From Bacteroidia bacterium (GTDB taxonomy: Bacteria; Bacteroidota; Bacteroidia; Bacteroidales; CAJPTX01): DNA of 64,000 nucleotides. The DNA lies in NCBI GenBank assembly GCA_905373475.1, contig CAJPTC010000003.1, positions 24,883 through 88,882 on the forward strand, read 5' to 3'. The translations under genes were made by a program, and so were the position numbers. Of this stretch, positions 52,954 to 63,233 are shown in pieces; positions within the stretch are counted from its first letter, which is position 1; every line of letters starts with the position of its first letter. The notes below the pieces were generated by a model, which ran no database searches, was not told where the DNA came from, and was given only the letters and a program-made list of their open reading frames with translations.

Positions 52954-54432
52954 GTGATGGCGAAGGAGATTACGACACGTGCGGAGGATTATTCGCAGTG
53001 GTATACGGATTTGGTGGTTAAAGCGCAGCTGGCAGACTACAGCAGTGTACGAGGGTGTATGGTAATACGTCCGCGTGGTTATGCGATTTGGGAGAAGATG
53101 CATGACGCTCTCGATGCTATGTTTAAAGAAACGGGACACGTAAATGCGTACTTCCCTCTTTTTATCCCTAAGTCCTACCTCAGTCGCGAGGCGGAACACG
53201 TAGAGGGTTTTGCCAAAGAGTGTGCCGTGGTAACGCATTATAGATTAAAGACCTCGCCCGAAGGGGGAAGCGTAGTGGTGGATGAGGATGCGAAACTCGA
53301 AGAAGAACTCATTGTACGTCCTACCTCGGAAACCATCATCTGGAACACTTATAAGAGCTGGGTTCAGTCCTATCGCGATTTGCCAATCTTGGTAAACCAG
53401 TGGGCGAATGTGGTGCGCTGGGAGATGCGTACCCGCCTATTTCTTCGCACCGCCGAGTTTCTCTGGCAAGAAGGGCATACGGCGCACGCTACACGCGAAG
53501 AAGCTGAAGAGGAAGCCCAAAAAATGGTAAACGTCTATGCAACCTTTGCGCGCGAGTGGTTGGCTATGCCTGTAATTGTGGGAGTGAAAACAGAAAGTGA
53601 ACGCTTTGCGGGAGCTGTAAACACCTACTGTATAGAGGCACTAATGCAAGATGGTAAGGCTTTGCAGGCGGGCACATCGCACTTCTTGGGTCAGAATTTC
53701 GCAAAGGCCTTTGATGTGAAATATGCCGATATCAACGGAAAATTAGAATACGTTTGGGCCTCTTCGTGGGGCGTTTCTACGCGTTTGATCGGCGGACTTA
53801 TCATGACGCATTCTGACGATAATGGGCTAGTGCTTCCTCCTAGATTGGCTTCGGTTCACGTGGTTATTGTTCCTATTTATAAGACCGAAGAGGAGCGTTC
53901 GCAGATACGTGCTTGCGCCGAAACGCTTTTGCAAGAGTTGAAAGCAGAAGGCATCGTTGCAAAGTTTGACGATCGCGACAATCTGAAGCCTGGTTTCAAG
54001 TTTGCAGAACACGAGATGCACGGCATACCGCTACGCATAGCTATAGGGCCGCGCGATCTGGCCAATGGTACTGTAGAACTTGCCCGTCGCGATACGCTCG
54101 CTAAGAGTTCGGAGCCCCTTGTAGGACTGGCTGCACGTATTCCTGCTTTATTGGAAACCATGCAGCACGATATGTACCAAAAAGCCCTGAAGTTTGTAGA
54201 AGCGAACATCCGTAAAGTAGATACGTACGAGGAGTTTAAGCGTGTACTCGACGAGGATGGCGGTTTTATCTCTGCGCATTGGGATGGTACGCCTGAAACA
54301 GAAGCACTTATCAAGGAGGAGACCAAGGCTACAATTCGGTGCATTCCGTTAGATAGTGTACCCGAAGAGGGCGTATGCGTGCGCACAGGTAAACCTTCGC
54401 ATCGTCGCGTACTTTTTGCGCGCGCGTACTAA
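52954..54432 (+). CDS. proS: Prolyl-tRNA synthetase (archaeal/eukaryote-like class II type)
   Basis: [46 protein letters not shown]...[15 protein letters not shown]...C-terminal FARAY. Confidence 0.95.
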   Translation: MMAKEITTRAEDYSQWYTDLVVKAQLADYSSVRGCMVIRPRGYAIWEKMHDALDAMFKETGHVNAYFPLFIPKSYLSREAEHVEGFAKECAVVTHYRLKTSPEGGSVVVDEDAKLEEELIVRPTSETIIWNTYKSWVQSYRDLPILVNQWANVVRWEMRTRLFLRTAEFLWQEGHTAHATREEAEEEAQKMVNVYATFAREWLAMPVIVGVKTESERFAGAVNTYCIEALMQDGKALQAGTSHFLGQNFAKAFDVKYADINGKLEYVWASSWGVSTRLIGGLIMTHSDDNGLVLPPRLASVHVVIVPIYKTEEERSQIRACAETLLQELKAEGIVAKFDDRDNLKPGFKFAEHEMHGIPLRIAIGPRDLANGTVELARRDTLAKSSEPLVGLAARIPALLETMQHDMYQKALKFVEANIRKVDTYEEFKRVLDEDGGFISAHWDGTPETEALIKEETKATIRCIPLDSVPEEGVCVRTGKPSHRRVLFARAY

Positions 54433-54483
54433 ACACCCTTTTTACTAAAAATAAGGATACGAGACAGTAAATCTGATAAATCC

Positions 54484-55230
54484 GTGATGGAGCAAGAAAA
54501 CGAAAGTAGTACCCCAGTTATTAATCTTGAAACGCTCGATGCGAAGGGGCGTGCGATAGTTGAGACGCTCGTGCAGAAGTCTGCCGTAAAAATGGCTGTC
54601 TACGATCACACGTTTGAGACCTTTAATTTACTAAAGGAGATTCTGCATGAACTAGTGAACGACCTAAACCCTTACCTACGCGAACTCGATCGGCGTGTGC
54701 GCCTTGAGTACCGAGACCGAGGTAAGTTTGAAGCCGAAGTACGTCTGGCGGGCGATGTACTGCTCTTTAGCATGCATACGAATGTGTTTGAGTTTGACCG
54801 CGATCATTCGATTTGGAATCTCTCGTACGTTGAAAAAGACAAATTGAATTCGTATTGCGGCGTGATCAATATGTACAACTTTCTATCCGATTCGTTCAAG
54901 TACAATCGCGCAGAAGATTTAGGCTACTTGGTAGGACGTCTGTTCATCAATCGCGACCTACAATATTTTGTAGAAGGGAAACGGCAGACCGATTATTTGT
55001 GTGGTACGTTTGGCACGCAGCCAATTTCCAAAGATGCGCTTGTAAATATTATCCAGACCGCGATGCAGTATACGCTGGATTTTGATTTACTAGTTCCCCC
55101 ATACGACATTGTGAAAATTGCCACCGTATCGCAGATGAACACGAAGGTGGAGAATAGCAAACTGCAAACTGGGAAACGCCTAGGTTTCCGCTTTAATTCG
55201 GATGACATTGCAGGAGAAACACAGAAATAG
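54484..55230 (+). CDS. Hypothetical cytoplasmic protein (248 aa)
   Basis: A clean ORF with coding-like composition between proS and the peptidase gene. I recognise no motif. GTG start at 54484 or ATG at 54487. Confidence 0.5.
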   Translation: MMEQENESSTPVINLETLDAKGRAIVETLVQKSAVKMAVYDHTFETFNLLKEILHELVNDLNPYLRELDRRVRLEYRDRGKFEAEVRLAGDVLLFSMHTNVFEFDRDHSIWNLSYVEKDKLNSYCGVINMYNFLSDSFKYNRAEDLGYLVGRLFINRDLQYFVEGKRQTDYLCGTFGTQPISKDALVNIIQTAMQYTLDFDLLVPPYDIVKIATVSQMNTKVENSKLQTGKRLGFRFNSDDIAGETQK

Positions 55231-55254
55231 ATACAATTCTAAATATTGACGAGA

Positions 55255-56919
55255 ATGAAACACAAGTTTTCTCTTTTAACCGTGGGAGTTGTTAGTGCTT
55301 TCTTCATAGGTTGCACACCCACGGTAAACAATCAACCAGACTCAATGGATGAGGAAATGGAGCTAAAGCAGAAGGTTGAAGCTTTTGCACAAGTGCCCTT
55401 GAAGTGCAACATAGAGCACCTAACAGAATCGGAAAAAGCGGTACTGAACCTCTGTTTTGATGCGGCGAAGATAATGGACGATCTGTTCTGGCAAGAAGCT
55501 TATGGCGACAAAGAAAGCTTCCTTGCTAGTTTGCCAAACGATACGTATCGTGAGTTTGCACTAATCAACTACGGGCCATGGGAACGCCTAAATGGCAATG
55601 CTCCTTTTGTACCTGGGTACGGCGAAAAGCCGCTAGGAGCGAATTTCTATCCGAAGGATATGACCAAAGAGGAGTTTGAAGCGTGCTCGGATCCGTTGAA
55701 AGAAAGTATGTATTCGATATTAAGCCGCGACGCAGAAGGGAAGCTTATCGCCATTCCGTATCACGAATTCTATGCAGAGAAGATTGAACAGGCTGCGAAG
55801 CTGCTTGACAGTGCTGCAAAGCTTGCAGAAGATCCGGGGCTTTCTAAATATCTCGCGCTTCGTGCTACAGCGCTTCGTACTGATAACTATTACGATAGCG
55901 ACGCTGCATGGATGGAAATGAAAAACAATCGGATAGATTTTGTAGTAGGACCTATTGAGAATTATGAGGATCATCTGTATGGCAACAAGGCTGCACACGA
56001 AGCTTTTGTTTTGGTAAAAGATATGGAGTGGAGCGAGCGTCTGAGCCGTTATATGAGTTTCTTACCCCAATTGCAGAAGAACCTGCCCGTGGAAGCAAAA
56101 TACAAGTCGGAGCTACCAGGTGCAGAGTCCGATTTGGGCGTGTATGATGTGGTATTCTACGCAGGCGATTGCAACGCGGGGAGCAAGACCATTGCGATCA
56201 ATTTGCCGAATGACGAAAAGATTCAAGAATTGAAAGGGTCGCGTCGCCTCCAGTTGCGCAATTCGATGCAATACAAGTTCAACATGATAATGGAACCTAT
56301 TGCCGCATTGCTAATAGACCCTGCTCAACGGAACTATGTAACATTTGATGCTTTCTTCGAGAACACCATGTTCCACGAAGTGGCACACGGGTTGGGTATC
56401 AAAAAGACGCTAGACGGAAAAAGCACGCCGCAGGAAGCGCTTCTCGAGACCTATTCGGCTATTGAGGAAGGTAAGGCAGACATCCTGGGTATTTTCATGC
56501 TTGAGCAGCTGGCTAAAATGGGAGAACTTCCCGAACACGATATGATGAACAACTATGTAACCTTCCTAGCAGGTATTTTCCGTTCTGTGCGTTTTGGCGC
56601 TGCATCGGCACACGGGAAGGCTAATATGGTTCGCTTCCATTATTTCCAGGATAGAGGCGCTTTTGTTCGCGATTCTGTAACGGGCTTCTATCGTATTGTA
56701 CCTGAAAAGATGTCGGAAGCAGTTGCTGGTTTGGCGCAAGATATTCTTGTAATTCAGGGCGACGGCGACTATCAACGTGCTTCGGAGATGCTCCTCAAGC
56801 AAGGTGTTGTAGATCCGCTGTTGGCAGAAGACCTTCAGAAGATTCAGGAGGCGAATGTACCTATAGATATTCGTTTCGAGCAAGGGAAAGAGGTTCTGGG
56901 ACTCACCCCAAAGCCCTAG
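55255..56919 (+). CDS. M49 (DPP III)-like zinc metallopeptidase lipoprotein
   Basis: Start moved to MKHKFSLLTVGVVSAFFIGC (lipobox). Zinc motif FHEVAHGLG (HExxH), and 26 residues downstream (His to Glu) lies EEGKADILG, which resembles the second M49 motif EExxAE/D. Confidence 0.65.
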   Translation: MKHKFSLLTVGVVSAFFIGCTPTVNNQPDSMDEEMELKQKVEAFAQVPLKCNIEHLTESEKAVLNLCFDAAKIMDDLFWQEAYGDKESFLASLPNDTYREFALINYGPWERLNGNAPFVPGYGEKPLGANFYPKDMTKEEFEACSDPLKESMYSILSRDAEGKLIAIPYHEFYAEKIEQAAKLLDSAAKLAEDPGLSKYLALRATALRTDNYYDSDAAWMEMKNNRIDFVVGPIENYEDHLYGNKAAHEAFVLVKDMEWSERLSRYMSFLPQLQKNLPVEAKYKSELPGAESDLGVYDVVFYAGDCNAGSKTIAINLPNDEKIQELKGSRRLQLRNSMQYKFNMIMEPIAALLIDPAQRNYVTFDAFFENTMFHEVAHGLGIKKTLDGKSTPQEALLETYSAIEEGKADILGIFMLEQLAKMGELPEHDMMNNYVTFLAGIFRSVRFGAASAHGKANMVRFHYFQDRGAFVRDSVTGFYRIVPEKMSEAVAGLAQDILVIQGDGDYQRASEMLLKQGVVDPLLAEDLQKIQEANVPIDIRFEQGKEVLGLTPKP

Positions 56920-56967
56920 CACACAACAATTACGAATTTGTTTCGTAAACTTGTGAAAAGCTTAATA

Positions 56968-57555
56968 ATGGAACAGATGAATTTGACGTTCAACTTCGTA
57001 AAGTCCATATCGATCATATATGACGAGATGATCGCTAAAGGTTTCTCGCTCGTCTATTTGGGTGAGTTCAGCCACGAAATCACCAAGATGTTCACGTCTA
57101 TGACCGAAACGGACATGGAGAAAAATAGCGAGGAACGCTCAGTACAACGTCGTGTTTATCATGTAATGGTAGAGACGCTACAGAACATGAATAAACATTC
57201 TGACGAGCTTCGCGAAGGCGAAGGGGGAGTAGGCGGTGGTCTCTTTATCATTGGAAAGAAGAACGATACCTACTACGTAATAACTTCCAATAAGGTGGCT
57301 CGCGAACACAAGGAAAATTTGGAGTCTGCTTTGAACACAGTGAACAATGCCTCGCAGGAGGAATTGAAAGAGATGTACAAAAAGCAGATTAAGGAAGGGA
57401 AGATCTCGGAGAAAGGTGGTGCAGGTCTTGGTTTGATTGACATTGCACGGAAAACCGAAGAACCCTTAGAGTATCAGTTTTTGCAGTTGGATCAGGATAC
57501 CTTCTTCTTTATACTGAAGGTAGAGATTAACGCTAAGAAATTCTACAAGCAGTAG
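56968..57555 (+). CDS. SiaB-family (DUF6272) GHKL-type protein kinase-like protein
   Basis: FSLVYLGEFSHEITKMFTSMTE...RRVYHVMVETLQNMNKHSDE...EKGGAGLGLIDIARKTEEPLEYQF matches the SiaB-family pattern I recognise. The ORF is open from TTG 56938. Confidence 0.7.
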   Translation: MEQMNLTFNFVKSISIIYDEMIAKGFSLVYLGEFSHEITKMFTSMTETDMEKNSEERSVQRRVYHVMVETLQNMNKHSDELREGEGGVGGGLFIIGKKNDTYYVITSNKVAREHKENLESALNTVNNASQEELKEMYKKQIKEGKISEKGGAGLGLIDIARKTEEPLEYQFLQLDQDTFFFILKVEINAKKFYKQ

Positions 57556-57600
57556 AAAGAAGAAAACGAAAAACGAGGTAAGAAGAAACATTGCTAAGGA

Positions 57601-58914
57601 ATGGAAAACGAGAATAAACCCACGCGGCGTTCTTTGTCGCCAGGTATTAAGTTGCTGTTGTTAGCCGTAATGGCTTTGGTGTTACTCATCCCCCAGATTT
57701 TCATAGATCTGCTGGTAGATAGCCGCCGAGACTATTCGGAAGAGGTGCAGGCGAACATTGCCCAATCATGGGGTGGCGAGCAAGCAGTTCGCCCTATATG
57801 GCTTTCTTTCCCTGTACAAAAGAAGGATAAGGACGATAATTCCAATTACGTGGCTCACTACCAAGTAGATAGTGTGAAAATGGATGTTGAAATGACCACG
57901 CAAACGCGCTATCGTGGTTTCTATTCGGCAGTACTCTATCATGCTAAAATTAAGGTAGACGGCTACATAGATCCGAAAGCACTTAAGGAGGATCTGTATA
58001 TAGATGGATATCGTTACGATAGAATCGCGCCTACGGGCTATATCTCGACTGCAATACGCGAGCCGCTTGGGTTGAAGTCTAACCTCGTGGTTAACATGGG
58101 GGGCAAGGAGTATCATCTCACGGCTTCTAATGCCTCGAGTTTGTTTGACGATGGGAAGACGTTTTCCGCACCCATTGATTTGCGAACGGATTCGTTAGGC
58201 AAATTCTCTTACACGTACGAACTCAACGGATACAAAGATTTGCAGTTTTATGTGCAGTCTGATGCTATGGATGTGAACCTGAAGTTGCATTATCCGTCGC
58301 CTTCGTTTTCGGGAGATTTCTTACCCGACGAGCGCACCATCTCGGACAGCGTAACCACTGCACACTGGCGACTCTTTGCCAGCGCTTCCACCTTCCCGCA
58401 GACGTCTGTTAGAGATCGCGATACTCGTTACTACGACTATGATGACGAGTTTAATCCGCGTTCATTCTCAGTAAGCACGCAATTTACCGACGTATATTAC
58501 CGTGCTATAGAGCGTTCGTTAAAATACGCGATTCTTATCATCGTTTTCACGTTCCTAACGTTCTTTTTTACCGATACGCTCTCCAAAACCAACATGCCTA
58601 TGATAGGCTATTTGCTTACGGGGTGCGCTATCTTGTTATTCTATACCCTGTTGCTCTCGCTTTCCGAATATCTGGCCTTCGGTTGGGCTTACCTTATAAC
58701 CTGTTTGGCGATAATCGGGATGATAGGGGTTTACTTCTGGAGTTTTGTGCGTAGTCTGAAAGCTACTATGGTCTGTGTAGGGATACTGGTCATTTTGTAT
58801 GTATTCCTGTACCTCATCCTTCAGATGGATACTTTCCCACTTCTAGTAGGTAGCATCTTCCTGTTTATTGTGCTAGGACTTGTAATGTATTTGTCGCGCA
58901 AACTCACGTGGTAG
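57601..58914 (+). CDS. creD: Inner-membrane protein CreD family
   Basis: An N-terminal TM helix, then SRRDYSEEVQANIAQSWGGEQ. A large periplasmic domain is followed by a C-terminal cluster of about 5 TM helices. Confidence 0.8.
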   Translation: MENENKPTRRSLSPGIKLLLLAVMALVLLIPQIFIDLLVDSRRDYSEEVQANIAQSWGGEQAVRPIWLSFPVQKKDKDDNSNYVAHYQVDSVKMDVEMTTQTRYRGFYSAVLYHAKIKVDGYIDPKALKEDLYIDGYRYDRIAPTGYISTAIREPLGLKSNLVVNMGGKEYHLTASNASSLFDDGKTFSAPIDLRTDSLGKFSYTYELNGYKDLQFYVQSDAMDVNLKLHYPSPSFSGDFLPDERTISDSVTTAHWRLFASASTFPQTSVRDRDTRYYDYDDEFNPRSFSVSTQFTDVYYRAIERSLKYAILIIVFTFLTFFFTDTLSKTNMPMIGYLLTGCAILLFYTLLLSLSEYLAFGWAYLITCLAIIGMIGVYFWSFVRSLKATMVCVGILVILYVFLYLILQMDTFPLLVGSIFLFIVLGLVMYLSRKLTW

Positions 58915-58951
58915 AGAACGTTTCTGTTAGGGAAACTAGTTGTATTAAAAG

Positions 58952-58985
58952 GGCGTGGCTCATGCGAGTCACGCCTTTATTTTTG
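58952..58985. terminator. Terminator hairpin between convergent creD and tilS
   Basis: GGCGTGGCTC-atgc-GAGTCACGCC (one G-U pair) followed by TTTATTTTTG. Confidence 0.7.
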
Positions 58986-59002
58986 TCAAGGAGTAAAAAA
59001 AG

Positions 59003-60391
59003 CTAGAAGCTATTCTCCGAGCGATGATATTCTACAACAAGTACTTGGCGTGTGCTTGGCGATAATACTGCCATCGAGGATTGACGGAGGGGAGGAATCC
59101 ACAATATTGCTCCTGTGGCGTCTACGAGTACACAGACCTGTTGCCGAAGCTGCGTAGGGTAGTGTGCATCTGTTAGCACGTCGCTTACTTTTTTCCTGCC
59201 GTTCGGCATACCTAAAGGATAGATAAAATCGCCCTTCTCCCACACGCGATAAGTGAGCGGAAAGCGAACCTGCTCAAAATCAAATAGCGCAGTGCTTTTT
59301 CCTCGGTTTGCGTAACTCTTTAATTCGGTTAGACTAAGTTGCTGTTTTATAACTTCTTGTTTAAAGATGAAGTTTGCGTCGCTTGCCTCGGAGTCAGGGT
59401 AAATTCGAGCTACGGGCAAATTGCATCGAGGTACTATCACGATTTTTCCCCTTTCCAAGTAGGCTTCCCAATTGGGCGCAAGGACTTTCTTTCCTGTTTG
59501 TCCACAAGAGAGCAAGGTTTGTAGTGTATCTACTGAGTGATTGCTAAAATTTAGATACTGAAGGCGCTCTCGAAGCCAAAAAAAAGCGAGACCTTCATGC
59601 TCTCGTATCTTTGCACTGATATCAAATACAAAAGGAATTGGGCGTTCTATGCTTCCAAAAAGCGTTTCAGATTCAGTGCGTAGTGTTTCATATATTTGGT
59701 CAGCATACCGACTTAAGGCATAGATATGCCGTACGGCCTGTGGGTTTACGGTTACTAGATCTGGTAGAACATTGTGTCTGATATAGTTGCGCGCATAATC
59801 GTCTGAAGCATTAGAAGAATCATCTACGTAGGCAATTTGGTTTTCACTCAACCAGCTTTCAAGCTCCTCGCGATTAAATGAGAGAAGTGGACGAACTATC
59901 TTCCCGTTGCGAGGGCGCATACCGCGCAGTCCTTCCACACCACAGCCACGACTCAGATGAAAAAGAAGGGTTTCGGCTTGGTCTTCTGCATGGTGCGCCG
60001 TTACAATCTCAGTATAGCCGTATTTATCGCACAACGCGTTGAAATATTCGTAGCGAAGCGCCCTGCACCCTTCTTCTAGCGAGCATTTGTGCTCTTTGCT
60101 CCATTTTTTGGCATCAGCGCATTGTATGTGCAATGGGAGGTTCGCACTCTTGCAAATCTGCTCAACGTGACGCTGGTCGCGTTGGGATTCTTCGCCTCTC
60201 AGCAGGAAATTGAAATGTGCTACGCTAATTGGCCATTTGTATAGATGAAGAAAAAGGCTTAGGAGTGCCATAGAATCGCGCCCTCCGCTAACGGCTAAAA
60301 GTGGGCGAGAGGTTGCGGAAAGGAGTTTTTCTTGCTCTATATAAGCACTCAGCGCTCGGAGTATATATGGGCTGCGCCGTTTTTCTCTCAT
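59003..60391 (-). CDS. tilS: tRNA(Ile)-lysidine synthetase TilS
   Basis: PP-loop VSGGRDSMAL. Start moved to MREKRR, which forms an ATGA overlap with the upstream stop. The ORF is open to 60412. Confidence 0.9.
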   Translation of the reverse strand: MREKRRSPYILRALSAYIEQEKLLSATSRPLLAVSGGRDSMALLSLFLHLYKWPISVAHFNFLLRGEESQRDQRHVEQICKSANLPLHIQCADAKKWSKEHKCSLEEGCRALRYEYFNALCDKYGYTEIVTAHHAEDQAETLLFHLSRGCGVEGLRGMRPRNGKIVRPLLSFNREELESWLSENQIAYVDDSSNASDDYARNYIRHNVLPDLVTVNPQAVRHIYALSRYADQIYETLRTESETLFGSIERPIPFVFDISAKIREHEGLAFFWLRERLQYLNFSNHSVDTLQTLLSCGQTGKKVLAPNWEAYLERGKIVIVPRCNLPVARIYPDSEASDANFIFKQEVIKQQLSLTELKSYANRGKSTALFDFEQVRFPLTYRVWEKGDFIYPLGMPNGRKKVSDVLTDAHYPTQLRQQVCVLVDATGAILWIPPLRQSSMAVLSPSTRQVLVVEYHRSENSF

Positions 60392-61209
60392 TTCATTCCG
60401 CGTGCATTGCAAATTACTTCGTATGCGGACTGAATCTCTTTGAATTTCTCGGTGGCTTTATTAATCTCTTCTTCGGATTTGCTTTGGAAACGATCGGGAT
60501 GCCAAGTGTTTACCAATTTCCTATACGCCGATTTTACTTGTGCATTGGTTGCGGTTGGCTCAATGCCGAGAATTTTGTAGGGGTCGCCTACATTTTGCGA
60601 GCTACGAGGCGGATAATAGCCGCTTTGCGAATTGTAGGAGGAAGAGCTGTTGTAGGAATAGGAGGAATTGCCACGTAGAAAGGCATCTACATACGTTGCA
60701 TTGATATGGAAACGAGCGGCAATTTGATAAAGCAAGTATCGCTCTTGCGAATCTACCATACCATCTGCCTGTGCCAGTCCTACAAGCATGTACAAAATTG
60801 AAATTCGGCTTTGCAACGAGTATTGAGCCGCTATTTCGTCGCAGGCCTCCTCGATTGAGAGGTTCTGATGCAAAATCTCCTTTAGCTCGTCAATCAGAGC
60901 GGGCACTTGTTCTGGAGGGTAAAGCTTTTTGAGTGCATCGCTTACGTAAACCAATTCCGTTCGCATTATTCGTCCGTCTGCCTTCATGATAGCGGCAAAG
61001 AGGATGAGAAGCGGTCGTGCATTGCCCGCCGTTGTTGCGCCACCCGCGAAAAAATTTTGGCTAAAGCGCTGCCCGCTTCGCACGAACGGAAAGAGCCCCA
61101 ACACCCCTAACAAAGGGAGTAGAAATAGGGCATACGGACCAATGAGATAGAAAAAAAAGACAGCCGCTAGAATGGTAATAAAGCAACCAAAACTGGAATT
61201 AGTTCGCAT
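60388..61209 (-). CDS. DjlA-like membrane co-chaperone (TM - TerB-like - C-terminal J domain)
   Basis: N-terminal TM helices. C-terminal J domain DPYKILGIEPTATNAQVKSAYRKLVNTWHPDRF. Confidence 0.7.
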   Translation of the reverse strand: MRTNSSFGCFITILAAVFFFYLIGPYALFLLPLLGVLGLFPFVRSGQRFSQNFFAGGATTAGNARPLLILFAAIMKADGRIMRTELVYVSDALKKLYPPEQVPALIDELKEILHQNLSIEEACDEIAAQYSLQSRISILYMLVGLAQADGMVDSQERYLLYQIAARFHINATYVDAFLRGNSSYSYNSSSSYNSQSGYYPPRSSQNVGDPYKILGIEPTATNAQVKSAYRKLVNTWHPDRFQSKSEEEINKATEKFKEIQSAYEVICNARGMK

Positions 61210-61810
61210 TCTGCAATTGCAATATATCTATGAGTTGAGCCACTTCTGTTGCCAGATCAAAGCGAGATGAGTTTTCAAGAACGAAATGTGCTACTTCGTA
61301 GTATTCGCGTGTGGTCGGTTGTGCTGCCATGCGTTCTAGTGCACGTTCGCGTGTAGTATGGTCGCGTTGCATAACGCGTTCCAAACGCACCGACTGTGGG
61401 GCAGTAATGAGCACAATACCCCGAAAATAGGGATGCCAGTCCAAACGTGGGAGCAAGGCGGATTCCATGAAGACGAAATTGCGTTGTGTTGCACATTTCT
61501 CCTTCCAGAGGGCAAAATCGGCGAAAACGGCGGGATGTATAAGAGCTTCGAGTGCGGAACGGAGTGTAGGATTCTTGAAAATTTTTCCTGCAACATATTC
61601 TCGGTTGTAGCCTCCTTTGGGAGTAAACGCTTCTGCCCCAAGGAGATCGGAAATTCTTGCCTGAAGCTTGCGATCTGACAAAAGAAGGAGCTGTGCGCGC
61701 TCGTCGGCGTTATAGATGGCGCAATCCTGTTGTGAGAGGAGCTTGCCTACGAAAGTTTTACCTGCGCCAATTTGCCCTGTAAGTCCGTAAGCTACACGAG
61801 CTTTCCTCAT
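61199..61810 (-). CDS. coaE: Dephospho-CoA kinase
   Basis: GLTGQIGAGKTF P-loop, about 200 aa. Its position in the nusB-yajC-ybbR-coaE run is one I recall as conserved in Bacteroidota. Confidence 0.9.
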   Translation of the reverse strand: MRKARVAYGLTGQIGAGKTFVGKLLSQQDCAIYNADERAQLLLLSDRKLQARISDLLGAEAFTPKGGYNREYVAGKIFKNPTLRSALEALIHPAVFADFALWKEKCATQRNFVFMESALLPRLDWHPYFRGIVLITAPQSVRLERVMQRDHTTRERALERMAAQPTTREYYEVAHFVLENSSRFDLATEVAQLIDILQLQNAN

Positions 61811-62787
61811 TCCCTAGAAACGTAGTAGCCCACATACATGGGGTGAAAGCGCAAGTTGCGGACGTAGTATGGGAGCGGGTCAAATTGCACCTGTAGACGC
61901 GAGAATTGTTGTAGGGTGTCTAGCTGCGTCCAAAAACGTAGGGAGTGGGTATTTAGCGAATCGTAGTAAGAAACGGGGATGTTGCAGACTACATCGACTG
62001 TAGTGGGTACTAGCTTCAGGTGTAGCGAATCGGTGTCATTCTGCACCATGATGGGCACTCGCAAGGTCTTCTCGGTATACTGTTCGACGGTAAGAAAAAC
62101 ATCTACAGCTTTCTGACTTGCCGATACACCCACGGGAAGATCGAGAGGAAGCGTAGTAGTAACGCTTGTAGAGAGCATACCCAAGTGGGTTGGTACTGTT
62201 TCTATCGCTACGAGGCTATCTAAACGGTCTTCAGTGCCTATAACATCAATGCTGTCGCGGGAGAGTTCTATAGGCTTTACAAGCATACACTGGTCGGCGA
62301 GTGTATAAGTTACCTTTGCGCGTAGCGGAAGGCGTTTTTCAATCTGCCAACCGAATTGGAAGCTAAGCGAGTCAGATACTACGTCTATAAGTTGAAGATC
62401 GGGAGGAAGGTGACGCGAGAGTAGGTTGGACAGATCTTGGCGAGAGAGGGTAGCGCCATTGAGGTGAAAGCTTGAAAAACGACGTAAGGAGTCGCGGTAA
62501 TTGATGTGAATGGGTGAGGTGTAGGCCCAACCTCGGTAACTCATGAGGGCATAGCCGTGCCCTTTAATACGATAGGTTACATTGTTGTGTTCGGCATCTA
62601 CTACGCGCAGACCAAAGGGGGTATTATCCAGCAATACTGTACGTGCTACCTCGATGGTGTACTCGTGATTAAGCTTGTTGAGAAACCAGAGCAGGGCTGA
62701 GAGCGCAACAAAGAGGAGGTATAGCAAGACTTGTTTTCTTGCTCGCCATAGAGTAGAGGGAAGCGTCTTGAGTGTGTGGAGTGGCAA
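61807..62787 (-). CDS. YbbR-like domain protein (N-terminal TM anchor)
   Basis: TM helix VLLYLLFVALSALLWFL followed by repeated beta-rich modules. TTG start. 4-nt overlap with coaE. Confidence 0.65.
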   Translation of the reverse strand: MPLHTLKTLPSTLWRARKQVLLYLLFVALSALLWFLNKLNHEYTIEVARTVLLDNTPFGLRVVDAEHNNVTYRIKGHGYALMSYRGWAYTSPIHINYRDSLRRFSSFHLNGATLSRQDLSNLLSRHLPPDLQLIDVVSDSLSFQFGWQIEKRLPLRAKVTYTLADQCMLVKPIELSRDSIDVIGTEDRLDSLVAIETVPTHLGMLSTSVTTTLPLDLPVGVSASQKAVDVFLTVEQYTEKTLRVPIMVQNDTDSLHLKLVPTTVDVVCNIPVSYYDSLNTHSLRFWTQLDTLQQFSRLQVQFDPLPYYVRNLRFHPMYVGYYVSRE

Positions 62788-62881
62788 AACAGAAGCAGAA
62801 TTGATGCAGAACCACTCTAAACTAACTGCGCAGCCATGAGCTGGGGCAACCTAGTCTAGAGGAGTTCTGTCTTGTAAAATT

Positions 62882-63193
62882 CTATTTCACGTCGGTCGCG
62901 TCGCGGTACACGCTCGTTTTGAGCACACGTATTGTGGTGTCGTGCGCTATGGTAACCACGATAGAGTCGTCGCGCAATTCTTCTACTGTTCCAAAAATAC
63001 CGCCTGCCACCAAAACTCGGTCGCCTTTCTTTAAGCTCTCTTGGAATTTGCGTAATTCCTTTTGGCGTTTCATCTGCGGTTTTATCATGAAAAAGTAGAA
63101 GACTACGATGATCAGAGCGATCATAGCGATAGACATCCACGGACTTCCGCCACCTTGGGCTGCTTGAAGCAGTACGAACATGTTGTTTGCCAT
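62882..63193 (-). CDS. yajC: Preprotein translocase subunit YajC
   Basis: IALIIVVFYFFMIKPQMKRQKELRKFQESLKKGDRVLVAGGIFGTV, the canonical YajC sequence. Confidence 0.9.
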   Translation of the reverse strand: MANNMFVLLQAAQGGGSPWMSIAMIALIIVVFYFFMIKPQMKRQKELRKFQESLKKGDRVLVAGGIFGTVEELRDDSIVVTIAHDTTIRVLKTSVYRDATDVK

Positions 63194-63233
63194 CTATGCA
63201 AATATTTTGAATTAAAAGCTACTGTTAGCGCGT

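Noticed and set aside
53877-54386. 169-aa minus-strand ORF. Similar antisense ORFs lie at 28454..28933, 22266..22766, 30331..30717 and 33075..33431.
   Set aside because: All are antisense to well-supported genes (proS, thiE, sufB, fabK, M16). None has an independent signal.
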